A DNA stretch of 64,000 nt from an uncultured Actinomycetota bacterium (GTDB lineage Bacteria > Actinomycetota > Actinomycetes > Mycobacteriales > Mycobacteriaceae), in NCBI GenBank assembly GCA_963760095.1, contig CAVXBT010000014.1:64359-128358 (forward strand), in the 5' to 3' direction. The position numbers were made by a program, and so were the translations under genes. Under the pieces are notes generated by a model. It was not told the origin of the DNA, searched no databases, and worked only from the letters and a program-made list of their open reading frames with translations. Positions 10,118 to 19,729 of the stretch are shown piece after piece; within the stretch, counting starts at the first letter, position 1; the number at the start of each line of letters is the position of its first letter.

Positions 10118-11196
10118 GAGTTACCCAGCCCGGGGACGATGTCGCCGAGGCTGAAGGTGACGGGGCTTTCCAGTTGCGCATAGGTGCACGAGCCTGGCTC
10201 CCGGTCGGGACGCCAGCGGCTGAACTGGGCAGTGTGGCGGAACCGCTCACCTTCCATGTGGTCGTAACGCACTTCGACGACCCGCTCGGGCCGCAGCGGC
10301 ACGAAGGACAGGTCTTTGCCGGCATTCCAGCGGGAGAACTCGTTCTTTCGTGGCGTGCGTTCACCGGCCTCGTGGGCAGCCCAATTCCATGGGTGATCAG
10401 CGAAGCCGGTCACCAGGGTCTGCAGTTCGGTGAAGAGCCGCCGCCTCTCGGTCATCGGAAAAGCGCCGATCACGCCGACCGATGCCAGTGTGCCGTCGTC
10501 CTTGTACAGCCCGAGCAACAGCGAGCCGATCGCGTCGGCTCCCGACTTGTGCACGCGGTAACCAGCGACCACGCAGTCTGCCGTTCGCTCGTGCTTGATC
10601 TTGAACATGATGCGTTTGTCCGGCTGATACGTGATCGTCAGCGGCTTGGCGACGACGCCGTCGAGGCCGGCACCCTCGAACTCGTCGAACCAGCGCTGCG
10701 CGGTCGCCTGATCCGTCGTCGCGGGCGTCACGTGAAACGACGGGCCCGAGCCATCGAGCGCGTCGACCAGGGAACCCCGGCGTTCGGAGAACGGTCGTCC
10801 GGTGTAGTCGTCATCGCCGAGCGCCAGCAGGTCGAAGGCGATGAATGACGCGGGCGTGCGTTCGGCGAGCATCCGTACACGCGAGTCGGCCGGATGGATG
10901 CGCTGCTGCAGCGCCTCGAAATCCAGGCCCTGATAGGCGCCGCGGGTTCTGGCGATGACGATCTCGCCGTCGATCACGCACCGCGTCGGCAACTCGGCGG
11001 TGGCCGCGGCGACTAGTTCGGGAAAATATCGGGTCATCGGTCGCTCATTGCGGCTGCCCAGCTCGACCTGATCGCCGTCGCGGAACAGGATCGACCTGAA
11101 TCCATCCCATTTGGGCTCATATGAGGCATCCGGCGGGATGGATTTCACCGATTTGGCCAGCATCGGCGAAATCGGCGGCATGACAGGCAAGTCCAT
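10114..11196 (-). CDS. ligC: ATP-dependent DNA ligase C (Rv3731 ortholog)
   Basis: YEPKWDGFR adenylation motif, EGVVAK, divergent from the PrimPol gene. CACAAT -10 hexamer 6 nt before the ATG suggests a leaderless mRNA. Confidence 0.93.
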   Translation of the reverse strand: MDLPVMPPISPMLAKSVKSIPPDASYEPKWDGFRSILFRDGDQVELGSRNERPMTRYFPELVAAATAELPTRCVIDGEIVIARTRGAYQGLDFEALQQRIHPADSRVRMLAERTPASFIAFDLLALGDDDYTGRPFSERRGSLVDALDGSGPSFHVTPATTDQATAQRWFDEFEGAGLDGVVAKPLTITYQPDKRIMFKIKHERTADCVVAGYRVHKSGADAIGSLLLGLYKDDGTLASVGVIGAFPMTERRRLFTELQTLVTGFADHPWNWAAHEAGERTPRKNEFSRWNAGKDLSFVPLRPERVVEVRYDHMEGERFRHTAQFSRWRPDREPGSCTYAQLESPVTFSLGDIVPGLGNS

Positions 11197-11234
11197 TTGC
11201 ACATTGTGCTGGAACCCTGTGCTGGAATCGGAAT

Positions 11235-12260
11235 ATGGCAGCTGCAGCGGAGGAACTCAACGTCGACGGCATCGCGGTCCGGCTGACCAATCCGGACAAG
11301 GTGTACTTCCCGAAGCTGGGTGCGGGGGGCACCAAGCGCCGGCTCGTCGAGTACTACCGCGCGGTCGCGAGCGGCCCGATGCTCGCCTCGTTGCGGGACC
11401 GCCCCACGCATCTGCAGCGCTTTCCCGACGGTATCGACGGCGAGGAGATCTACCAGAAGCGCATACCCAAGCACCATCCCGACTACCTGGAGACTTGCCA
11501 GATCACCTTTCCGTCAGGGAGGACCGCCGATGCGTTGAGGGTGACTCACCCGGCCGCCATCGTGTGGGCAGCGCAGATGGGCACGATCACCCTGCACCCG
11601 TGGCAGGTCCGCTGCCCGGATGCCGAGCATCCCGACGAGCTGCGCATCGATCTGGATCCGCAGCCGGGCACCGGCTTCGACGAAGCACGCACCGTCGCCG
11701 TCGACGTGCTGCGGCCGCTGCTCGATGAGCTCGGCCTGGTGGGTTTTCCCAAGACGTCCGGCGGTCGCGGGATCCACGTGTTTTTGCGAATCAAAACCGA
11801 CTGGGATTTCATCGCGGTACGCCGTGCCGGCATCGCGCTGGCCCGCGAGGTGGAGCGTCGCGCACCGGACGCGGTGACGACGTCGTGGTGGAAGGAAGAA
11901 CGGGGCGAGCGCATCTTCATCGACTTCAACCAGAACGCCCGCGACCGAACGTTCGCATCGGCCTACTCGGTGCGGCGCACCGCGATCGCGACCGTGTCAA
12001 CGCCGTTGACGTGGGACGAGCTGGCAAGCGCAGACCCCGACGACTACACCATCGCGACCGTGGCCGACCTGGTGGCGAGTCGCGATGACCCGTGGACCGA
12101 TATCGACGCGATCGACCAGTCGATTGCGCCGCTGCTGGAAATGGTGGCAGCCGACGAGGAGCGCGGGCTCGGCGACATGCCGTATCCGCCCAACTACCCG
12201 AAGATGCCGGGCGAGCCGAAACGCGTTCAGCCGAGCAAAGATACCGATCTGAAGAAGTAG
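11235..12260 (+). CDS. PrimPolC / LigD polymerase-domain protein (Rv3730c ortholog)
   Basis: RLTNPDKVYFP, ELRIDLDP, KTSGGRGIH and FIDFNQN AEP motifs; divergent from ligC. Confidence 0.92.
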   Translation: MAAAAEELNVDGIAVRLTNPDKVYFPKLGAGGTKRRLVEYYRAVASGPMLASLRDRPTHLQRFPDGIDGEEIYQKRIPKHHPDYLETCQITFPSGRTADALRVTHPAAIVWAAQMGTITLHPWQVRCPDAEHPDELRIDLDPQPGTGFDEARTVAVDVLRPLLDELGLVGFPKTSGGRGIHVFLRIKTDWDFIAVRRAGIALAREVERRAPDAVTTSWWKEERGERIFIDFNQNARDRTFASAYSVRRTAIATVSTPLTWDELASADPDDYTIATVADLVASRDDPWTDIDAIDQSIAPLLEMVAADEERGLGDMPYPPNYPKMPGEPKRVQPSKDTDLKK

Positions 12261-12262
12261 GC

Positions 12263-12901
12263 CTAATGCAGCCGACCGGCGACGAACGTCGCGGCCTGGT
12301 CGGTCGCTACGGGAACGTATCCAAGGTGCGCGATGATACTTCCGCCCTCAGCGCAGATATTGTCGTTGGGAAGGCAGATGTCGATGGTCTTCGCGCTGTA
12401 GCTCGGGTCGATCGCCGGAATTTGGTTGTCCGCCAAATGCTTTGCGTAGCTGCTCTGAGGATTTCCGAACAGGGCAACAGCGGCAACGTGATTGGCGACC
12501 TGCGGGGGCAGTTGGTGGCTGGTCAAATCGGCCACACCTGCGCCCTGCGAATACCCTCCGATCACCACCTTGGTGTTCGGGCAGCTGGCAACTGTGCTCT
12601 GCACATGGGCGACCTCGTCAGCGGCGCCGGCCTTGGAGCTGTTGGCGTAATCGGTGGTCGACGGGTAGTCGACCGGGTAGAGATTGACCGACTTGCCGGG
12701 AAGTTGCGCGGTCAGCGAGTCGAAGAAGGCCTGGCCGGGTCCGCCGGGGCCGACGGGCTCGCCGGTGCCGCGCGCGAACACCACCTCGGCGTTGGTACAT
12801 CCGTCCGCTGCGGCAACCGGAATGCCGGCGGGAACGGCGAGCAGGGGCAAAACCATCAGCGCCGCACTGGCAACAATGCGTCCGATGCTGCGTCTAGTCA
12901 T
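12263..12901 (-). CDS. Cutinase family protein, intact
   Basis: Signal peptide, VVFARGTGE, GGYSQG nucleophile, C...D.IC...H. Confidence 0.9.
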   Translation of the reverse strand: MTRRSIGRIVASAALMVLPLLAVPAGIPVAAADGCTNAEVVFARGTGEPVGPGGPGQAFFDSLTAQLPGKSVNLYPVDYPSTTDYANSSKAGAADEVAHVQSTVASCPNTKVVIGGYSQGAGVADLTSHQLPPQVANHVAAVALFGNPQSSYAKHLADNQIPAIDPSYSAKTIDICLPNDNICAEGGSIIAHLGYVPVATDQAATFVAGRLH

Positions 12902-12960
12902 CTTTGAATGCTGCCATCTTTTTGATCCGTCGGGCGCGGTACAGGGAATAGCATCACGTC

Positions 12961-14268
12961 ATGATGCCATCGCGGCGTGGCGATGTGGCCCCACCGTCGC
13001 TGCTTCAAGCCGACAATGGCCTGCCGCGTGGTGTCCGCGGCGCCGCCGATCCGCGTTTCGCGAACGTGATCCGGCTGTTCGCCGGACTTTTTCCCGGACG
13101 ACGATTCGGCGGCGGGACGCTGTGCGTCTACATCGACGGCCGGCCCGTCGTCGATGTCTGGACGGGTTGGTCGGACCGGGCCGGCGAGGTGCCATGGGCG
13201 GCTGACACCGGAGCGATGGTGTTCTCGGCGACCAAGGGAGTCGCTTCCACCGTGATTCACCGGCTCGTCGATCGCGAGCTGGTGTGTTACGACACCCCGG
13301 TTGCCGAGTACTGGCCGGAGTTTGGGGCCAACGGCAAGGCCGACATCACCGTCCGCGACGTCCTGCGGCATCGATCCGGACTGTCGCACCTCAAGGGCGT
13401 CAGCAAGACGGAATTGATGGATCACCTGCTCATGGAGGAGCGGCTGGCCGCTGCACCGGTCGATCATCTACGCGGCGCCCCGGCGTATCACGCGCTGACC
13501 TACGGTTGGCTGCTGTCCGGTCTGGCCCGAGCGGTGACGGGTATGGGTATGCGAGAGCTGATCCGCGCCGAGTTGGCGTCTCCGCTGAATACGGACGGGC
13601 TGCACCTTGGTCGTCCTCCGGCCAAAGCTCCGACCAGGGTTGCGGAGATTCTGGCGCCGCAGAGCACCCGGCCCAATCCGCTGTTCAACTTCGTCGCGCC
13701 AAGGGTTGCCGGTCTGCCATTCTCGGGCGCCCTGGGTGCGATGTACTTTCCCGGCATCAAATCCTTTGTGCAAGGCGATATCCCGTTTCTTGACAGCGAG
13801 ATCCCGGCCGCCAATGGCGTGGTAACAGGGCGCGGGCTGGCCAAGATGTATGCCGCACTGGCCAATAACGGCCGCATCGACGGAACCCAGTTCCTCTCGT
13901 CGGAGCTGGCGGAAGGCTTGACGGGCAAGCCGCAGCTGCTGCCGGACCTGAACATCATGGTGCCGATGCCGTTCCACCTCGGCTACCACGAATCGCCGAT
14001 TCCCGGCCTGCTGAAGGGGTTCGGCCATATCGGTCTGGGCGGAACCCTCGGCTGGGCAGACCCGGAAACGGGCAGCGCGTTCGGCTTCGTGCACAACCGC
14101 TTGTTGACGCCGATGGTGTTCGACATGGCATCGTTTGCGGGACTGGCCCGCCCGCTGCGCAGTGCCATCACCGCCGCGCGTCAGGTCGGTCCCGTCGAGG
14201 TGCCGCAGTTCGGTGCAACCTACGGCGCGCAGCGAAAGCCGGGCAAGGTGGCGTCGGGCAGGCGGTAG
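12961..14268 (+). CDS. Serine hydrolase, beta-lactamase/esterase family (Lip-type)
   Basis: FSATKG SxxK motif, YHALTYG, FGHIGLGG. Start uncertain. Confidence 0.85.
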   Translation: MMPSRRGDVAPPSLLQADNGLPRGVRGAADPRFANVIRLFAGLFPGRRFGGGTLCVYIDGRPVVDVWTGWSDRAGEVPWAADTGAMVFSATKGVASTVIHRLVDRELVCYDTPVAEYWPEFGANGKADITVRDVLRHRSGLSHLKGVSKTELMDHLLMEERLAAAPVDHLRGAPAYHALTYGWLLSGLARAVTGMGMRELIRAELASPLNTDGLHLGRPPAKAPTRVAEILAPQSTRPNPLFNFVAPRVAGLPFSGALGAMYFPGIKSFVQGDIPFLDSEIPAANGVVTGRGLAKMYAALANNGRIDGTQFLSSELAEGLTGKPQLLPDLNIMVPMPFHLGYHESPIPGLLKGFGHIGLGGTLGWADPETGSAFGFVHNRLLTPMVFDMASFAGLARPLRSAITAARQVGPVEVPQFGATYGAQRKPGKVASGRR

Positions 14269-14275
14269 CTCGTCG

Positions 14276-15136
14276 CTACTGGTCTTCCAACAATCGCAGC
14301 GGGTGTAAGCCGTCGACCGCGCCGACGAACGGCGGGTGGATGCTGTAGCCCAGCATGCGGCGGATGTCATCGGACACCGTTCGGGCGATATCCCGCGACA
14401 CCGACAGGGTGAAGGCTTCCATCGGTCGCAGCCATGGTTGGCAGTACTGCGCCGTGGCGGCAAGGCGGTCGCCGGTCGTGGTGTTGGCTCCGCCGCCGTG
14501 CCACAGGGTGCCCACGAAGAACACGCACGAGCCAGCAGGCATGACGACGGGTAGCGCCTCGTCGTCCGGACCAGGTCGCCGCTTGCCCCAGCGGTGGCTG
14601 CCCGGGTACAGCACCGTCGCGCCGTTATCGGCGGAGAAGTCGTCGATCGCCCAGATCGTGGCGGCGGCCAGCGGCTCCCGGGGCCGGGGAATCGGGTAGA
14701 AGCCGTCGTCGTGGTGAGCCAGCTGGACGGCTTCCCCGGGCTGAATGTTGATGGCCTGCAACGCCGAAAGCAGGTAGTTGGGCATCAGCAGCCGATCCAG
14801 CACGGCCAGCACCCGCGGATTGTCGACCAGCCGGTCGCACACCCGCGTCCTGCTCAGCACGCTGTAGACGCGTTGCGTACGTCGCCCCTCGAAAGTGTTG
14901 CGTCCGGTGTGGCCGAGCCAAGGACGCACGACGTCGCGGATCTGCCGGCACTCCTCGGCGGTGAGCAGGTTCTCCCAGATGACGTATCCGTCGCGGTCCA
15001 GCGCCGCCATGTCGGCCTCGACGGTCGCCGGATCCACCGACGAACCGCCGCTGGACGTCCACCTATACCGCAGCGCCAGATCGCCCCGCAGGTCCTCCAG
15101 CGTTGTGGCGGACTCGTCGTCGTTGCCCACCTGCAC
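14276..15136 (-). CDS. Phytanoyl-CoA dioxygenase (PhyH) family Fe/2OG dioxygenase
   Basis: HHDDG (HxD) and WHGGG facial triad, then R.A.TAQY. Confidence 0.88.
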   Translation of the reverse strand: MQVGNDDESATTLEDLRGDLALRYRWTSSGGSSVDPATVEADMAALDRDGYVIWENLLTAEECRQIRDVVRPWLGHTGRNTFEGRRTQRVYSVLSRTRVCDRLVDNPRVLAVLDRLLMPNYLLSALQAINIQPGEAVQLAHHDDGFYPIPRPREPLAAATIWAIDDFSADNGATVLYPGSHRWGKRRPGPDDEALPVVMPAGSCVFFVGTLWHGGGANTTTGDRLAATAQYCQPWLRPMEAFTLSVSRDIARTVSDDIRRMLGYSIHPPFVGAVDGLHPLRLLEDQ

Positions 15137-15210
15137 ACAGTAAGCCCGGTTCGACTCGAAACATAGCCAAAGTCGACCTGAAATGCCTGGTCGTCGGTAA
15201 CCTCGCGGGC

Positions 15211-16260
15211 ATGCTGTTCGCGGCTCTGCGCGACATGCGATGGCGAATGCGACGCCTCGTCATCGCGGTCGTCAGCACCGGACTGATCTTCGCGATGACG
15301 CTCGTGTTGACCGGACTGGCGAACGGCTTTCGGGTGGAGGCCCAGCGAACCGTCGATTCCCTGGGCGTCGACGCATTCGTGGTCAAGGCCGGCGCGGCCG
15401 GACCGTTCCTGGGTGCGACACCATTCGCCGAAGTCGACCTGGCTCGGGTGGCCGCCGAACCCGGCGTCGTGGCTGCGGCCCCACTGGCCACCGCGCAGTT
15501 GACGATCAAGGAAGGTACGTCAACGCGAAACACTACGGCCTTCGGCGCGCCGCAGCACGGACCCGGCATGCCGCGCGTCAAGCAGGGTCGGGCACCATCG
15601 ACGCCGGACGAGGTCGCGGTGTCGAGCACGCTGGGCTGGCACGTAGGCGACGATATGCAGTCGGGTGCGCACGCATTGCGGATCGTCGGCATTGTGCCCA
15701 ATTCCACCACACTGGCGAAGAGGCCCAATATCTTCCTGACAACCGAGGGCCTGCAGCAACAGGCGTACAACGGTCAGCCGCTGGTCACATCGATTGGGGT
15801 CGTCGGCGCACCCCGACAGCTCCCGAGTAGCTACCAGGCCCTCGATCGAGCAGCCGGAGTCAACGACCTGCTGTCACCGGTGAAGTCGCCTGCGGGTGCG
15901 ATCACGATTATGGCCACCTTGCTGTGGATCGTGGCGGTGCTGATCGTCGGATCATTGGTGTACCTCTCGGCGCTCGAGCGGTTGCGCGACTTCGCGGTGT
16001 TCAAAGCGATTGGCGTGCCTACGCGGTCGATCCTGGCTGGGCTCGCGCTGCAGGCGGTCGTCGTCGCGCTGCTCGCGGCGGTGCTGGGCGTCATCCTTGC
16101 GCAGCTGTTGGCCCCGTTGTTCCCGATGACTGTCGTGATTCCTGCGAGCGCCTACCTGGCGTTACCCCTGGTCGCGATTCTGGTCGGTCTCCTGGCCAGC
16201 CTCGCCGGACTGAGGCGCGCGGTAACGGTCGATCCTGCGCTCGCGTTCGGAGGTCCTTGA
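15211..16260 (+). CDS. ABC transporter permease, FtsX/MacB type (Rv0072/Rv2563-like)
   Basis: MLFAALRDMRWR start, periplasmic domain and ERLRDFAVFKAIG FtsX motif. Confidence 0.88.
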   Translation: MLFAALRDMRWRMRRLVIAVVSTGLIFAMTLVLTGLANGFRVEAQRTVDSLGVDAFVVKAGAAGPFLGATPFAEVDLARVAAEPGVVAAAPLATAQLTIKEGTSTRNTTAFGAPQHGPGMPRVKQGRAPSTPDEVAVSSTLGWHVGDDMQSGAHALRIVGIVPNSTTLAKRPNIFLTTEGLQQQAYNGQPLVTSIGVVGAPRQLPSSYQALDRAAGVNDLLSPVKSPAGAITIMATLLWIVAVLIVGSLVYLSALERLRDFAVFKAIGVPTRSILAGLALQAVVVALLAAVLGVILAQLLAPLFPMTVVIPASAYLALPLVAILVGLLASLAGLRRAVTVDPALAFGGP

Positions 16261-16263
16261 GCC

Positions 16264-17256
16264 GTGGGGGATCTGAGCATCGCCGACCTCGTCGTCGAGT
16301 ACTCCAGCGGCGGGTACGCGGTCCGGCCGATCAACGGTCTGAGCCTCGATGTGCCGGCGGGATCGCTGATGATCCTGCTCGGGCCCAGCGGCTGCGGGAA
16401 GACCACCCTGCTGTCCTGTCTGGGCGGGATTCTGCGCCCTAAGTCCGGGTCAATCACGTTCGACGGCGTCGACATCACGGCGCTGGAAGGCGGTGCGCTG
16501 GCCAGGTACCGCCGCGACGAAGTTGGGATTGTTTTCCAGGCGTTCAACTTGGTGCCGAGCCTGACCGCTCTGGAGAACGTGATGGTCCCGCTGCGCGCGG
16601 CCGGAATGTCACGTTCGGCTACCCGCCAGCGCGCCGAGGAACTGCTGACGCAGGTAGGTCTCGCGGATCGTCTAAAACATCGCCCCGGTGACCTCAGCGG
16701 CGGGCAGCAACAACGCGTCGCCGTTGCTCGTGCGATCGCTTTGGATCCGCCCCTGATCCTCGCCGACGAGCCGACCGCCCACCTTGACTTCATCCAGGTG
16801 GAGGAGGTGCTGCGGCTGATCCGCTCGCTGGCTCAGGGCGAACGGGTGGTGGTGGTGGCCACCCACGACAGCCGGATGCTGCCGCTGGCCGACCGCGTCG
16901 TCGACCTGGTACCTGCTGTGGCGTCGACGAGTCGGCCGCCGGAGACTGTCCACCTGAAAGCCGGTGAGGTGCTGTTCGAGCAGAGCACCATGGGCGATCT
17001 GATCTATGTGGTTTCCGAAGGCGAGTTCGAGATCGTGCGCGAAGTAGCCGAAGGCGGTGAGGAATTGGTCAAGGTAGCCCGCCCCGGCGACTACTTCGGC
17101 GAATTCGGTGTGCTGTTCAACCTGCCGCGTTCGGCGACCGTGCGCGCTCGGACCGACGCGAAAGCCGTCGGCTACACCGCGCATGCGTTCCGGGAACGGC
17201 TCGGCGTAAAGGGTCTGGGTGACCTGATCGAGCGGCGCGAGCTTCCCGGCGACTAG
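16264..17256 (+). CDS. ABC ATP-binding protein with C-terminal cyclic-nucleotide-binding domain (Rv0073/Rv2564-like)
   Basis: Walker A GPSGCGKT, LSGGQQQR signature, cNMP motif GDYFGEFG...PRSATVRA. Confidence 0.92.
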   Translation: MGDLSIADLVVEYSSGGYAVRPINGLSLDVPAGSLMILLGPSGCGKTTLLSCLGGILRPKSGSITFDGVDITALEGGALARYRRDEVGIVFQAFNLVPSLTALENVMVPLRAAGMSRSATRQRAEELLTQVGLADRLKHRPGDLSGGQQQRVAVARAIALDPPLILADEPTAHLDFIQVEEVLRLIRSLAQGERVVVVATHDSRMLPLADRVVDLVPAVASTSRPPETVHLKAGEVLFEQSTMGDLIYVVSEGEFEIVREVAEGGEELVKVARPGDYFGEFGVLFNLPRSATVRARTDAKAVGYTAHAFRERLGVKGLGDLIERRELPGD

Positions 17257-17329
17257 TGGGGCAAGAAGCGGTGGAGGTTCTCTCGGCGCCAAGAGGCCGG
17301 CCGGAAGCCAAGCGGATATAAAGAAGAGC

Positions 17330-17716
17330 GTGGCTCCTACTTTTCACGACGTGATCAAGTCCAAGTACCTGCTGTTGACCACTTTCACCAGGGACGGCCG
17401 CCCCAAGCCCACCGCGATCTGGGGGGTGCCCGAGGGCGACAAGCTGCTGGTGATCACCGATGACGGGTCGTGGAAAACCAAGCGGATCAACAACACGCCC
17501 CGAGTGACGATCGCCAAGAGCGGATCGTTGGGTAAGCAGAAGAGCGACGAAGTCGAGGGCGTCGCCCGGGTGCTGCCGAAATCGGAGACGCGGCGGGTCT
17601 ACAACGCCGTCCTGAAGCGGTACTGGTACCACGCCGCGTGGTTCTATGCGCACTCGATTGTGCGGGGTGGAATCGACAAGGTCCACGTCGGCCTGGAGAT
17701 CACGCCCGTTGGTTAG
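17330..17716 (+). CDS. PPOX-class F420-dependent oxidoreductase
   Basis: [17 protein letters not shown]...[11 protein letters not shown]. Confidence 0.88.
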   Translation: MAPTFHDVIKSKYLLLTTFTRDGRPKPTAIWGVPEGDKLLVITDDGSWKTKRINNTPRVTIAKSGSLGKQKSDEVEGVARVLPKSETRRVYNAVLKRYWYHAAWFYAHSIVRGGIDKVHVGLEITPVG

Positions 17717-17769
17717 CCAAGCTTCCCAGGCATTGTGCGCTCGCGTTATGGGAGCGTTATAGTAGCCGC

Positions 17770-18264
17770 ATGCGTCTTTCTCGTCTGAGCACCGCCGTCC
17801 GCGCCGGCGTCGCAGTGCTCGCCCTCAGTGCCGCCGCGACCGCCTTCCCGCATGTCGCCAAGGCTGATCCGGGGTTCGCGCCGTGCGATGGCTGTTCGTC
17901 AAACGATTCCACCGACGACTTTCCGATACCTCGCCGAATGATCTCGACCACCTGCACGCCCGAGCAGTTGCTTGCAGCCGCACGGGATTTCGCGCCGGTG
18001 TATTACCAGCGGTACATGACGGACTACGACAATCATCCGAACGTTCAGCAGGACACTCAGAACAAGGTGCACTGGTTCTATTCGTTGTCAGCGGCGGACC
18101 GCAGAGCTTATTCCGCTAACTTTTATGCACCCCAGATCGATCCGCTGAATTTGGCCTGGCCCAACCACATGAAGATCTTCTTCAACAACAAGGGCGTCGT
18201 CGCCAAGGAAACCGAGAACTGCCAGAACTATCCGGCCGGCGACATGTCGGTGTGGAACTGGTAG
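17770..18264 (+). CDS. DUF5078 family secreted protein
   Basis: Signal peptide, [25 protein letters not shown]...[14 protein letters not shown]. Confidence 0.75.
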   Translation: MRLSRLSTAVRAGVAVLALSAAATAFPHVAKADPGFAPCDGCSSNDSTDDFPIPRRMISTTCTPEQLLAAARDFAPVYYQRYMTDYDNHPNVQQDTQNKVHWFYSLSAADRRAYSANFYAPQIDPLNLAWPNHMKIFFNNKGVVAKETENCQNYPAGDMSVWNW

Positions 18265-18278
18265 CGCGCGGCGCGTAG

Positions 18279-18965
18279 CTAACCCGTCGGCTCGGTCATG
18301 AGACCGACACAAATCGCCGTGATCAGCCGCGTGAGCGCGGCGGTGAAGTCGATGTTCCAGTCGGGCGGGACGTCCGTTCGATCCGCGTAAGCATCAGCGA
18401 GCTTTTTCGGCGGGTTGGCCATTTGCCACAACGGCGCGGCCAGCGAGTAGGCGGCAAGAAGAACGTCGAATGCGCCCGCACGGCCCAGCCCCGGCAGCGC
18501 CTTCTCGATCGCATCGGTCAGCGAGAGCACGGCAGCGGTGCTGATCTGTTTAAACCCGAGAACCCGTTCGAGCTCCACCTCGTGCTCGAGGTGGATGTGC
18601 AGGTTGGCGAGCAGGTCGCAGAACAGCGGGTCGGCCGCCAAGCCGTTGGCCAACGCTTCGGCGACCCGCGCCGGCGACGTGGGTCCGGGCTCGCGCAGGC
18701 TTTCACACACCGTGTCCGAGAACCGGCCCCACCCCTCGGCAGCCAGATGCAGCAGCACCTCTTTGTGCGAGGTGAAGTAACGGCGTACCGCGGAATGGTG
18801 CACTCCGGCGCGACTGGCGACGTCAGTCAAAGTCACCGACGCCACACCGGATTCCAGCGCCAGCGACCGCGCGGCTTCGATCAGCGCCGTCGCACGTTGG
18901 CGCTTCTTGTCCTCGGTGCGGGCGCGCTGGAAGGTGAGCTGCGGCACCGCGCGAGAATAACGCAC
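18279..18965 (-). CDS. TetR family transcriptional regulator
   Basis: FQRAR...VTLTDVASRAGVHHSAVRRYFTS HTH; divergent from mmpS. Confidence 0.9.
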   Translation of the reverse strand: MRYSRAVPQLTFQRARTEDKKRQRATALIEAARSLALESGVASVTLTDVASRAGVHHSAVRRYFTSHKEVLLHLAAEGWGRFSDTVCESLREPGPTSPARVAEALANGLAADPLFCDLLANLHIHLEHEVELERVLGFKQISTAAVLSLTDAIEKALPGLGRAGAFDVLLAAYSLAAPLWQMANPPKKLADAYADRTDVPPDWNIDFTAALTRLITAICVGLMTEPTG

Positions 18966-19029
18966 CTCGACTGATTGCGGGCCGCCCTTTAACCCGGTAG
19001 CGTCCGTTTACGCACGTAGGGTGCGTTAT
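18957..19029. promoter_or_regulatory. Candidate TetR operator half-sites ATAACGCACC / GGTGCGTTAT
   Basis: ATAACGCACC at 18957-18966 and its exact reverse complement at 19020-19029, plus a local palindrome TACGCAC-gtagg-GTGCGTT. Confidence 0.55.
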
Positions 19030-19282
19030 ATCAGTGCCGCTCGTTCGGTGGGAAATGGGCCGTGGGGAAGGAGTCGACAATCCGGGTTGCGCGCATGGTT
19101 TACTCGTCGGGGTTCGGTAGTGCCGCGAAGCCGCCGTCGGTCGGTCGGTCGAGGTGATCATCGCGCCGGCACCCTTAGACGTGACGCCGCGTTCGGTGTG
19201 CCGGCGGGTAGCGTGATTCGCCGACCGGTCGGTGAATGTCTTCGATTAGGTGGGATGTCGCCGACCAAGAAAACGGCAACGG

Positions 19283-19729
19283 GTGAAGGGGATTTCGATT
19301 TTCAGGGTGCTGGAGCGGGTGTGGATTCCGCTCGTGATTGTTATCGTGGTCGGCCTCGGGGGGTTCACGGTGTGGCGGATCCACGGCATCTTCGGCTCTG
19401 AGAAGCGCCCTGCCTATTCGGACAGCGCGAACGACGACAGCAAGCCCTTCAACCCCAAGCGGCTGACCTACGAGGTGTTCGGTGCCCCCGGCACCGTGGC
19501 CGACATCAGCTATTTCGACGTCAACGGCGATCCGAAGCGAGTGGACGGCGCACACCTGCCCTGGAGCTTGAAGCTCGAGACGAAGGCGGCTTCCGTCGTG
19601 GGAAACCTTGTGGCGCAGGGCAATAGCAATACACTCGGCTGCCGCATCGTGGTGGACGGTGTAGTCAAGGCCGAAAAAGTCTCGCACGAGGTCAACGCCT
19701 TCACCTTCTGCGTTCTGAAGGGCGCATGA
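19283..19729 (+). CDS. mmpS: MmpS family membrane protein
   Basis: N-terminal [18 protein letters not shown]...NLVAQG...GCRI. Overlaps the mmpL start. Confidence 0.92.
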   Translation: MKGISIFRVLERVWIPLVIVIVVGLGGFTVWRIHGIFGSEKRPAYSDSANDDSKPFNPKRLTYEVFGAPGTVADISYFDVNGDPKRVDGAHLPWSLKLETKAASVVGNLVAQGNSNTLGCRIVVDGVVKAEKVSHEVNAFTFCVLKGA

